Source: Promethearchaeota archaeon
Lineage (GTDB): Archaea > Asgardarchaeota > Lokiarchaeia > Sigyniarchaeales > SOKP01
Assembly: GCA_019058365.1 (NCBI GenBank)
Contig: JAHPZE010000044.1
Span: 1 to 28,013 of the forward strand
DNA length: 28,013 bases
Direction of reading: 5' to 3'
In this document: positions 1 to 8,544 of the stretch, piece by piece
Position numbering within the stretch: position 1 is the first letter of the stretch
Layout of the letters: each line of letters begins with the position of its first letter
Program-made: the position numbers and the translations under genes
The notes under the pieces: generated by a model
Databases searched by the model: none
The model's input: the letters and a program-made list of their open reading frames with translations, nothing else
Told to the model about the DNA's origin: nothing

Positions 1-9
1 TATAAAAAG

Positions 10-204
10 TCAATGTTCAATAGGATTTAGAGATCTACTTCCTTTGGTACTGTTAATAGATCTTTTATTGGATATATTTTGAGTAAACTTACATTCAGGA
101 TATCCGGTACAGTCTAAATATGTTCCATACTCCCCATGACGGATTTCTAATGGCTTTCCACATTTTGGGCAGTTTTTATTAGAAATATCTTTATTGTCAT
201 TCAT
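10..204 (-). CDS. Small stand-alone topoisomerase I-type C4 zinc-ribbon protein (zf-C4_Topoisom-like)
   Basis: CPKCGKPLEIRHGEYGTYLDCTGYPECKFT matches the CxxC...(R/K)xG(x)YGxFxxCxxYPxC ribbon pattern. It is very similar to the three ribbons at the C-terminus of the upstream helicase and starts 38 nt after that gene's stop, same strand, different frame. Confidence 0.75.
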   Translation of the reverse strand: MNDNKDISNKNCPKCGKPLEIRHGEYGTYLDCTGYPECKFTQNISNKRSINSTKGSRSLNPIEH

Positions 205-242
205 AAGTTTACTCTCTTCTATCGTTTTTAAAATTTCAAATA

Positions 243-3047
243 TTATCTTCTTCTTTTCATTCTACTTTTAAAATCTAAGAGATAATTACAACGAGGATAT
301 CCCGTGCAACCTAAAAAAGTACCATATGGGCCTTTTCTCACAGTTAAGGGACTACCACAATCAGGACAAATCAATAGATTATCATCACTAAGATTAAAAG
401 TGAATCTACATTTTGGATAACCGGTACATCCTAAGAATCCCCCATATTGACCTTGACGTATCGCTAAAGGTTTACCACATTGCTCACAATATCGTGGAAG
501 CATATTGATTGTAAGAATCTTTTTATCTTCATATCTATCTGATAAATCTTTTAAATCCTGAGTATATTTACACTTAGGATAACGGCTGCATCCAAGAAAA
601 TTCCCTTTCTTTCCGGTCCTTTTAACCAAAAAGCTTTCACAATTGGGACAAGATATTGGGATTTCTGGTAAAATTCCTTTAATAAACGATTTCATGTAAT
701 CAGATAAACCGTCATCCCATCTTTTCGTCGAATCTAAACGTAAACGCATGAGATATGGATTAATTTCATTTAAAAACATAGAATTGTTTTGTTCCATACT
801 ATAAATATAGAGAAATTTTTTACTTCGAGTTAAAGCCACATAGAAAAGCCTTCGTTCTTCATCGATAAAGCCATCTGATTCAAACCTTTTTGCTAATTCC
901 ATTACAGAAGAATCTTGTATCTCACATGGAAAACCATAGAGCCCTGAAGTCATATCTGTTAAAATTACGTGTTGACTTTCAGAACCTTTTGATTTATGAG
1001 CACTATAAAATCTAACACCTCCATGTTCTGATTCTGTTGGAACTCCTTTAGCACCACAATAAATCTCTAATCCTTTTAAGTATTTATTGAATCGTGATAA
1101 AACCATAATTTCATGAGGATCAATACTATCATCTAATAGAATTTGGATAAGATTATAGATATTTTCATACTGAATTTTATAGTTATAATTAAATCCTGAT
1201 GTAAAATCAATAAACATGGGTTGCATTCCAATATCATGAGTTGAATGAGTTTCTTTAACAATTTGTTTCCTGTTATTAGCTATTAGCTCATTAGACATAC
1301 CAACTATGGTTTGACTACTTCGATAGTTGCTATTCAGATATGTTATTTCTGGATTTGGAAAATAATCTTTGAAATTAACAAAAAACCTAACATCGCTGCC
1401 TGTAAATTGATAGATACTCTGCCAATCATCACCCACACAGAATAATTTTGTATTTGAGTTTTCATTGGCAAAACTTCTAATTAGTTCTAATCTTTGATAA
1501 GAAATATCTTGGAATTCATCAACTAGAACATGAACATACCTATTAGAGTATTTCTCAGGATCTTTTTTAGCCAATTCAACAGCGAGGTTAATCATGTCAT
1601 TGAAATCGATTTGATTTTCCTTTTGCAAATAATCTTGATACTTCTTATATACTTCAAGAGCTAATTCTCCGAATAATTTTTGTTTTTTTGAATATTTTTT
1701 CGATTTAATACGTTCAGCTATATCCAGTACTGTAAAAAAATTACATTTTGATATTTTTATAAAATTACCAACGAGGTTGACGACTTCATTTCGTTTATCT
1801 TTAAATTCAAATGTTTTTTCGACTAATTCATTATAACTTAAAGGATTAAATTCTATACTTGGAATTTTTTGTTTTAATTTTTCCTTTAATTTTGGGATTA
1901 ATTCTTCAGACAAACGTTCATAATCCCAAGTTTCTATGAGTGATTTATTATGGGTTTGAAATTGTTCTAATTTCCAATTTCTTAACTCTAAATATTCTTC
2001 TGCAGTTTTCGTAAACCATTCAGGGACTTGATTTTCCTTATTCAATCCCCAATGTTCAATATAAATATCATAATCAGTTAGATAAAAGTCAGGATGGTAT
2101 TCTTTATCCTCCTCACTCTCATCAACCCATTCTACTAATGGTTCATACTCAAATCCGATACCATGTAAGAAAAGGAAGTTTCCAATATCCCTTTCAGAAA
2201 TTGATTTCACAGATATATCGTCCAGAGTTGAATAATTTTTATTTCTCATATATTTGTAATATTCTTCTTTATCTTCAAATGATTCCTCTTTTACTTCTTG
2301 CTCTGAATGATATGCTAAATATTCTATAAGAATATTTTGATATTTATCTTCTCGAAGAACCTCCATGAACAATCTTTCAATGAGTTCATATATTTTTTTT
2401 TCATTTCCATCGAAAATAAGTTTAGGTTTATGACCTAGTTCCTCTTCTATTATGCTTCTTCCTAAAGCATGAAAGGTTGAGATATCTATTTCAATACCAT
2501 AATTCTTTTTTAACCTTTCCTTCATCTCATCGGCAGCTACTTTAGTAAAAGCAAGTGCTAAAATTCTTTCTTTATCAACCTTATCTTTTCGTCTAATTAA
2601 ATAAGCAATCCTAGAAGAAATTACACTTGTCTTCCCTGAGCCTGCTCCGGCAATTACAAGGTTATGTTTATCATCTTTAATTACAGCCAATCTTTGTTCT
2701 TCATCCAAGGGATATTTTAATCCATCATCCTTTCCATCTAAAAAGGATGCGTATATTTTTAATCGTCTTTCTATGAACTTCTGATTGTAATTATTAATCT
2801 CTTCAATAAATTTGTGTAAATTTTTTCTAAATTTTCTAACTCGTCCTCTTTCTTTAAATTTGAATAAAGATCGACGAGGAAATTTAGTTAATTGATTTAT
2901 ATCTTGAAAAAGTTTACGCTTTTTATCATAAATTAAATAAGTATCTCCTTTAAGGAAGTTTTGCCAATCTTTTTCCAACTTCTGCTTAAGTTCATATTTT
3001 TCTGGAAATAAATCTTGGATTTTACCCTTAGGCATATATAATTTCAA
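243..3047 (-). CDS. helD: Superfamily 1 UvrD/REP helicase, DNA helicase IV-like, with an internal PD-(D/E)xK-like insert and three C-terminal topoisomerase C4 zinc ribbons
   Basis: Q motif LDEEQRLAV; Walker A AGAGSGKT; Ia LAFTKVAADEMKERL; STFHALG; II LVDEFQDIS; III VGDDWQSIYQF; IV NYRS; V SAHKSKGSE; VI EERRLFYVALTRSK. Insert KSISERDIGNFL...YHPDFYL...IYIEHWG. Ribbons CPNC..GCSRYPKC, CEQC..GCTGYPKC, CPDC..GCTGYPRC. Start is TTG 3047 or the ATG four codons downstream. The symbol denotes the helicase IV-like subfamily, not proven orthology. Confidence 0.88.
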   Translation of the reverse strand: MKLYMPKGKIQDLFPEKYELKQKLEKDWQNFLKGDTYLIYDKKRKLFQDINQLTKFPRRSLFKFKERGRVRKFRKNLHKFIEEINNYNQKFIERRLKIYASFLDGKDDGLKYPLDEEQRLAVIKDDKHNLVIAGAGSGKTSVISSRIAYLIRRKDKVDKERILALAFTKVAADEMKERLKKNYGIEIDISTFHALGRSIIEEELGHKPKLIFDGNEKKIYELIERLFMEVLREDKYQNILIEYLAYHSEQEVKEESFEDKEEYYKYMRNKNYSTLDDISVKSISERDIGNFLFLHGIGFEYEPLVEWVDESEEDKEYHPDFYLTDYDIYIEHWGLNKENQVPEWFTKTAEEYLELRNWKLEQFQTHNKSLIETWDYERLSEELIPKLKEKLKQKIPSIEFNPLSYNELVEKTFEFKDKRNEVVNLVGNFIKISKCNFFTVLDIAERIKSKKYSKKQKLFGELALEVYKKYQDYLQKENQIDFNDMINLAVELAKKDPEKYSNRYVHVLVDEFQDISYQRLELIRSFANENSNTKLFCVGDDWQSIYQFTGSDVRFFVNFKDYFPNPEITYLNSNYRSSQTIVGMSNELIANNRKQIVKETHSTHDIGMQPMFIDFTSGFNYNYKIQYENIYNLIQILLDDSIDPHEIMVLSRFNKYLKGLEIYCGAKGVPTESEHGGVRFYSAHKSKGSESQHVILTDMTSGLYGFPCEIQDSSVMELAKRFESDGFIDEERRLFYVALTRSKKFLYIYSMEQNNSMFLNEINPYLMRLRLDSTKRWDDGLSDYMKSFIKGILPEIPISCPNCESFLVKRTGKKGNFLGCSRYPKCKYTQDLKDLSDRYEDKKILTINMLPRYCEQCGKPLAIRQGQYGGFLGCTGYPKCRFTFNLSDDNLLICPDCGSPLTVRKGPYGTFLGCTGYPRCNYLLDFKSRMKRRR

Positions 3048-3178
3048 TTAACCACAATTAAAAAATATGAATAATTTATACTTTCAAATGTTTATAAAAA
3101 AACGAGTTCTTTTATTGATAGAACTCATTATATTCAATTTTAGGATTAAATTGATAATTAAATAAACACTAATTTATC

Positions 3179-3616
3179 ATGAGTAGAATTCCAATCAAAA
3201 AAAGCGAAGTTCTTAAGATTTATACTGATGGTGCGGCGCGAGGTAATCCCGGTCCTGCCGCGTATGCCTTTCTGTTTGTTCATAATGATACCATAATCCA
3301 CCAAGGGTCTGGATTTATCGGAACTGCCACCAACAATACTGCGGAGTATAAAGCAATAATTAACGCATTAAAAGCAGCTGAAAAGTTCCATAGAGGTCAC
3401 ATTCAAGTGTTCTCAGACAGTAATTTAGCAGTCCAACAAATTAACAAGAAATGGAAAATCAATTATCCGCATCTGTCAGAAATGTGTAATAAGATTTATA
3501 AACTCATAGATAAATATGAGCAAGTTGAGTTTTTACATGTGAGTCGTAATAAGAGGTACATTAAAGAATGTGATAAATTATGCAATTCTCTGTTGGATAA
3601 AGAAACTATTAGTTAA
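3179..3616 (+). CDS. rnhA: Ribonuclease HI (archaeal/actinobacterial-type)
   Basis: IYTDGAARGNPGPAA, ATNNTAEYKAII, FSDSNLAVQQ, HVSR..ECDKLCN; the four catalytic acidic residues (D, E, D, D) are present. Confidence 0.93.
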   Translation: MSRIPIKKSEVLKIYTDGAARGNPGPAAYAFLFVHNDTIIHQGSGFIGTATNNTAEYKAIINALKAAEKFHRGHIQVFSDSNLAVQQINKKWKINYPHLSEMCNKIYKLIDKYEQVEFLHVSRNKRYIKECDKLCNSLLDKETIS

Positions 3617-3660
3617 TATTATAATACTACTTCTAATTATATAAACGAAATCCACTGTTA

Positions 3661-3837
3661 TATATAAAAAAAATTATTCCTAAACCTATCAGTGTTAGTG
3701 GAAGAAAACATTATGACTCTTTGTAAAACGCTTGGAATGAAAAAACACCTACCCATAATGAATGGCACACATTTAATTTTGATGATCTTATTGGAATTAG
3801 AGAGTATGATGCGATTTTACCAGATCTGAAGGTATAA
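3661..3837 (+). pseudogene. Possible 3' gene relic of unknown function
   Basis: Frame 1 reads YIKKIIPKPISVSGRKHYDSL*NAWNEKTPTHNEWHTFNFDDLIGIREYDAILPDLKV*. Composition is protein-like and GC is higher than the flanks, with one internal TAA and no start. No family recognised. Confidence 0.25.
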
Positions 3838-4164
3838 TTTTATTAAGAGAAAATACAAAATGATTAGTTGAATTAAAAATGTTGCACCTAAAATTTTTTT
3901 TTATCTTTTGATATTAGGAAAATGTGAAAAAATTTGTTCTGAAAGAAGAATATGTGATTAAAGGATTTTCAACTTTGTTAATTAGCTGCATTTATTAATT
4001 AAATGGTTCCTTTTTAAAATTCATAAAAAAGGCATAATTTCCTATTAAATATAAAGCATAAATTTATTTCTTTACATTTTTATCGAAATATTGGAAAGAT
4101 TAATCAACCAATTCTTTTCTTTACAATAAGATTTTGAGAGAGAATTAAAAGAGGAAAAATTAAA

Positions 4165-5082
4165 ATTTATCAGTTAGAAGATAGGTTTAATCCAATCAAC
4201 ATTTGTCCAGAAGTAGAAAATTGCTGTGAAAATCCATGTATTGAATATATAGGTGGCAATAAAGTATGTACAAATTGTGGAACTGTTTTAGGGCAAATTT
4301 TTGTAGAGAGTGAGAGAAAAGCTTACGGTATTGAAGAGGTTAATCAGAGAAGACAAACAGAACCCTCCTGGAGAGAATTTGGCCCAAGAACTATCCTTCC
4401 AAGTAATAGAATTGATTCAAAAGGAAACGTGATAAATGCTAAGAAAGGTCTATTATTTTCAAGGCTCGCAAAAATTCAACGATCTCTCATAACTTCATTG
4501 GAACGGAATTATTGGGAATCAAAACCGAAATTAAAATTGTATACATCAAAACTTAATATTCCCGCATATATCAGTGAGACGGCATGGAGAATATATACTG
4601 AAGTAGCTAAGAAGAAATTAACAATGGGTCGTTCAATTGATGGATTTATTGCAGCCTCATTATATGCCGCTATACGGATTCATGAATTTCCAAAATTGCT
4701 CGAAGATGTATCTGAAGCATCAATGGTGTCAAATCGTACATTATTTCGTTCTTTAGGTATGATTGTGAGGGAGATTCTTCCGGTCTTAGGTTTAGATTAT
4801 CATCCAATTTCAGTAGAGAAACTTATATTTCTTTTTGGTAATAAATTAGGATTACCAGAAGACATTAAAATTAAAGCTTTAAATCTGCTTAAAGATACCT
4901 CTAAAAAGGGTTTATCATTAATTGGAAAAGATCCTAAAGGCTTAGCTGCTGCTGTGTTATATTTGATTGCCAAAAAAACCAAATTTCAGAAAACTCAGGT
5001 CGAAGTAGCTCAAGCCGCAAAAGTAACTGAAGTGACCATAAGAAGTAGGGTAAAAGATCTTAAAGCTTTAATGGATTCCTAA
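4165..5082 (+). CDS. tfb: Transcription initiation factor IIB (archaeal TFB paralogue); N-terminus extends well upstream of the GTG at 4429
   Basis: Two cyclin-like repeats (KLTMGRSIDGFIAASLYAAIR; GKDPKGLAAAVLY...TQVEVAQAAKVTEVTIRSR). The same frame is open from 4138 and encodes a Zn ribbon (CCENPCIEYIGGNKVCTNCGTV) and a B-reader-like segment (ERKAYGIEEVNQRRQTEP) before 4429. Start tentatively placed at ATT 4165, 9 nt after AGAGGA, giving 305 aa. Confidence 0.9.
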   Translation: MYQLEDRFNPINICPEVENCCENPCIEYIGGNKVCTNCGTVLGQIFVESERKAYGIEEVNQRRQTEPSWREFGPRTILPSNRIDSKGNVINAKKGLLFSRLAKIQRSLITSLERNYWESKPKLKLYTSKLNIPAYISETAWRIYTEVAKKKLTMGRSIDGFIAASLYAAIRIHEFPKLLEDVSEASMVSNRTLFRSLGMIVREILPVLGLDYHPISVEKLIFLFGNKLGLPEDIKIKALNLLKDTSKKGLSLIGKDPKGLAAAVLYLIAKKTKFQKTQVEVAQAAKVTEVTIRSRVKDLKALMDS

Positions 5083-5104
5083 AAATGAAATTTTTACTCT
5101 TAAT

Positions 5105-5116
5105 AAAAAAAAAAAA
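5105..5116 (-). terminator. Oligo-T archaeal terminator candidate for ferritin
   Basis: 12-A run on + (12 T on -) about 20 nt downstream of the ferritin stop, between convergent tfb and ferritin. Confidence 0.45.
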
Positions 5117-5135
5117 TTAGAGGATTTGTGACTAC

Positions 5136-5627
5136 TCACTCAGGATGTTTTATATGTTGGTCCCAAACACCGAGCATTTTACCGCTTAATAAGAAACTGT
5201 TATATAGATCAGTGAAAAGGTTTTCTTCTTCGATTTGTTCTTGAATGAACCAGTTTAATAAATCAAAAGCGTAGTATTCGTTTTTGGTTGTCGCTAAATC
5301 CATAAGTTCTTTAATTTTGTTAGTAATGTATTCTTCATGTTTGATTGCTGCGACTAATAGTTCTTCAACATTTTCATATTCAGTTGCCACGCTTTCTACT
5401 GTATCAAATTTAACCTTTCCTCCTGTTTCTTGGATATAATGAGTAAATTTCATAGCATGCTTATATTCTTCTTTTTCTGCATGAGTCTTCATAAAGTTAG
5501 CAAGACCCTTTAATCCTTTTTCAATAGCCCAAGCAGCCATGCCTAGGTAAATATATGCTGATTGTAATTCTTCAACGATTTGTTTGTTCATCAGTTCATT
5601 TAATTCTTTTGAAATTAGATCTACCAT
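5136..5627 (-). CDS. ftnA: Non-haem ferritin
   Basis: MNKQIVEELQSAYIYLGMA, EEYKHAMKF, HEEYIT, LNWFIQEQIEEE: ferroxidase-centre Glu/His/Gln residues of prokaryotic ferritins; 163 aa. Confidence 0.92.
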   Translation of the reverse strand: MVDLISKELNELMNKQIVEELQSAYIYLGMAAWAIEKGLKGLANFMKTHAEKEEYKHAMKFTHYIQETGGKVKFDTVESVATEYENVEELLVAAIKHEEYITNKIKELMDLATTKNEYYAFDLLNWFIQEQIEEENLFTDLYNSFLLSGKMLGVWDQHIKHPE

Positions 5628-5848
5628 TTTTTATCATCTATTTTTTGGTAAAACAAAAAAATCTCTCTTATTAAACGTATTTCTTAAATTTTCTAGATAT
5701 AGTTGGCAAATATCCTTTTAAATTGAAACTCTCGCTCATGATTAATTTTTATTTTATAATATTGAGGTAATGAAATTCAATAAAATATTATAGAAAGGTT
5801 CTAAAACTTGATTTCTTATTTTTTGAATATAAAATAACGAGATGGTTA

Positions 5849-6673
5849 ATGATTTTAGAAGAAAAAATAATTTTAATTACTGGGTCCACAGATGGCATCG
5901 GATACCAAACTGCAATTGAACTTGCTAAATCAGGATATCATGTAATTGTTCATGGAAGAAATCGGGAAAAAGCTGAATTAGCATTAAAAAATATAAAAAA
6001 AAAAATTAATAATAGTAAATTGAGTAGCGTTTATGCTGATTTAAGATCTTTCACTGAAATTAAAGAAATGGTCAATGATGTATGTGATCGTTTTGATAGA
6101 TTAGATGTGTTAATTAATAATGCGGGAGTATATAAATCAGAGCGAAGTATAACACAAGAAGGCTTAGAAGAAACTTTTGCGGTAAATTACGTGGCACCTT
6201 TTCTTCTTACGAATCTCTTATTAGATTTGTTGAAAAAAGGGAAATCAGGTAGGATAGTAAATGTCGCTTCAAGAGTTCATTCTAATAATTTTGATTTGGA
6301 TAATTTACAATTGGAGAATGGATATACTGGTGTAAAAGCTTATGCAAATTCAAAAACGGCTCTTATATTATTTACATATCTTCTTACAGATAAATTGAAG
6401 AATACCAATATTAGTGTAAATTGTCTTCATCCAGGAGTAATAAATACAAAATTACTGAGGTCTGCTTTTGGTTCACATGGGGCGTCGCTAATAGATGGTG
6501 CTAAGACTTTAATCTTTGCTGCTATAGCACCAGAATTAGAAAATGTAAGTGGAAAATATTTTGTAAATAATCGTTCTCAGTCCTCAAAAACTATCACCTA
6601 TAATAAAGATATTCAAAAAATGCTCTGGAAGAAAACAGAAGAACTTATTAAGATGGAGTTTACAGAATTATAA
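5849..6673 (+). CDS. Short-chain dehydrogenase/reductase, retinol dehydrogenase/WWOX-like subgroup
   Basis: ITGSTDGIG (TGxxxGxG), HGRN, LINNAG, FAVNYVAPFLLT, NVAS, catalytic YANSK (YxxxK), LHPGVINT, SGKYF. Confidence 0.92.
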   Translation: MILEEKIILITGSTDGIGYQTAIELAKSGYHVIVHGRNREKAELALKNIKKKINNSKLSSVYADLRSFTEIKEMVNDVCDRFDRLDVLINNAGVYKSERSITQEGLEETFAVNYVAPFLLTNLLLDLLKKGKSGRIVNVASRVHSNNFDLDNLQLENGYTGVKAYANSKTALILFTYLLTDKLKNTNISVNCLHPGVINTKLLRSAFGSHGASLIDGAKTLIFAAIAPELENVSGKYFVNNRSQSSKTITYNKDIQKMLWKKTEELIKMEFTEL

Positions 6674-6896
6674 GTAATGAACATACTAAATGAAGTTAAG
6701 TTTGAAAAAAATACTTAGGTTTTAATTTTCAATAAATAAACACCTTAAGATTCTACAGTTAAATAAAAATCTCCAGAAAGAGAGTCAAATTTTATATTAG
6801 TACTATCCAAGCTATAAATCCTATGGATTTAGTTACTTTACGAATCATTAAATAAATAAAATGCAAATTTGATGTTTATCAGAAATAAAAAAAACC

Positions 6897-8093
6897 TTAA
6901 AATTGAATTTTAATTTTCAAATCCTCTGGTGGTAGAACTTCCTTTTCAGAAATCAACTCTCGAGCTTCATCTACTTTGTCCCAAACATTCCAAAACAATA
7001 CTCCAACAACTTTTCCATTTTCTAAATAGTATACAATACCTTCTTCAAATGGTTTTTTCCAAGATTCCACAGTCTCTAATTTTGAATCCAAAATGCCAAC
7101 AGCTTCATAACCTAGGTCAAATAAATCAGAGAAAAAATAGGATAACTGTTCGTAAATAGTATTTTGACCTGTCATATTTTGGCCAACAATATTTCCCATA
7201 TTAAGTGCATTATCTTCATGTTCCACACGAAGAGATTTATTAAGTGTTGTATTATAATGACGGGCTACATCACCAGCAGCATAAACATCTTTTACATTTG
7301 TTCGGAGGTATTCATTAACTATGATACCATCATTAACTGCTATATCTGTATCTTTCAATAATTCTATATTAGGTTTAATTCCTAAACCAGCGATTATAGC
7401 ATCGAATTTGAATTTTTTTCCACTTTTTGTCTCAACTAAATATTCCTTATTATCTTTAGATATATTAGTTACTAACTCACCCGAAAAGACTTCTACTCCT
7501 TTTTCTTGATAATAGGTATTAAGATATTTACTTAGTTTTTCAGGAAAAGTAAGTCCACCAATTCCAATTTCGGGGAAGATCATGGATACTTTTGATTCTG
7601 GTTTATACATTTTTATTCCTGCTGCTATTTCCGAACCAATAAAACCTCCTCCAATTACTCCAAACTTATTGTTTTTATCAACAATGTCTCGCAGTTTTTT
7701 ATAGTCTGAGAGAGTGCGGTAATAAATAATTCCTTTCTCTTCAATATTTGGTAGTTTTTTAGGTATGCCACCAGTAGCAATTAGTAATTTTTGATAACTG
7801 TACTCGTTGCTATTATTATCATATACTTTTTTATTGACAGGATCAATTTTTATTACCGTTTGATTAAGGTGCATTTCAATGTTCAGATTAGACGTCTCTA
7901 AATCAATATCTTCAATTTCGTCTTCTCCCGTCCAAAGAGTTTTTGATAATGGAGGTCGCGCGTAGGGAGGATATTCTTCATTACTTATTAATCCAATAGT
8001 TCCTTTGGCGTCAATTTCCCGAATACTCTGAATCGCTGCATCAGCAGTCATTCCTCCTCCAATGATTAAATATTTATAATTAAAACTTTTAAT
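6897..8093 (-). CDS. FAD-dependent NAD(P)H oxidoreductase (ferredoxin/rubredoxin-reductase, MDAR/AIF-like family)
   Basis: PYARPPLSK, LLIATGG, VIGGGFIGSEIA, VYAAGDVA, RVEHEDNA, YFFSDLFD. The FAD-binding fingerprint YLIIGGGMTA lies largely upstream of the ORF-track ATG (8051). The frame is open to a TAA at 8099-8097, so the start is placed at ATT 8093, 9 nt after GAGGTGA. Confidence 0.9.
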   Translation of the reverse strand: MKSFNYKYLIIGGGMTADAAIQSIREIDAKGTIGLISNEEYPPYARPPLSKTLWTGEDEIEDIDLETSNLNIEMHLNQTVIKIDPVNKKVYDNNSNEYSYQKLLIATGGIPKKLPNIEEKGIIYYRTLSDYKKLRDIVDKNNKFGVIGGGFIGSEIAAGIKMYKPESKVSMIFPEIGIGGLTFPEKLSKYLNTYYQEKGVEVFSGELVTNISKDNKEYLVETKSGKKFKFDAIIAGLGIKPNIELLKDTDIAVNDGIIVNEYLRTNVKDVYAAGDVARHYNTTLNKSLRVEHEDNALNMGNIVGQNMTGQNTIYEQLSYFFSDLFDLGYEAVGILDSKLETVESWKKPFEEGIVYYLENGKVVGVLFWNVWDKVDEARELISEKEVLPPEDLKIKIQF

Positions 8094-8102
8094 AAGTTAT
8101 TC

Positions 8103-8109
8103 TCACCTC
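8103..8109 (-). promoter_or_regulatory. Shine-Dalgarno site GAGGTGA for the oxidoreductase
   Basis: Minus strand reads AGAGGTGA-gaataactt-ATT AAA AGT; the same GAGGTGA precedes the Hsp20 ATG. Confidence 0.7.
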
Positions 8110-8533
8110 TTATTTAATTCATAAATCAACCAAAACTTTTTTCTATATAAAAATATTGCTTTATATACTTGTCTAAGCAATAAGATAATAACTTCATATA
8201 TATAACTAAAGGTTATGAAATATTATCATAACTTTGGTAAATAATTAAATTAGGAAACCATCATCCCACTTCTTTTTTTGAAAGATAAGTTTTATTAGTT
8301 TAGACTTTAACTATTAAAGAATTGAATCAAATTTTTTAAATTCTCTCGATACTATAATTTTTTTTGTTTAAAACCAGATATCAAGGAATTTATCTAATAT
8401 TTATACTTTAAAAATGCATTTCCAATTATACATTCTTTTTATTTGTAAAAGATTAAATTTTCTTAGTCTTTTTCATGCAAATATTAATTATCCTAATTTT
8501 TTATATTGTACTAATAATAATTTAATACTTTTA

Positions 8534-8540
8534 GAGGTGA
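8534..8540 (+). promoter_or_regulatory. Shine-Dalgarno site GAGGTGA for hsp20
   Basis: GAGGTGA-aaat-ATG (8545). Confidence 0.7.
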
Positions 8541-8544
8541 AAAT

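Noticed and set aside
2138-2329. 63-aa + strand ORF
   Set aside because: Antisense shadow inside the helicase gene; no motif.
4135-4137. In-frame TGA upstream of TFB as possible selenocysteine
   Set aside because: Not at a Cys-equivalent position, the upstream frame has no start or recognisable domain, and no SECIS-like hairpin is evident.
4429-4431. GTG start proposed for TFB by the ORF track
   Set aside because: It would omit the in-frame Zn ribbon and B-reader encoded upstream.
4800-4982. 60-aa - strand ORF
   Set aside because: Antisense shadow within tfb.
6929-7509. Three short + strand ORFs (76, 65, 62 aa)
   Set aside because: All antisense within the oxidoreductase; no motifs.
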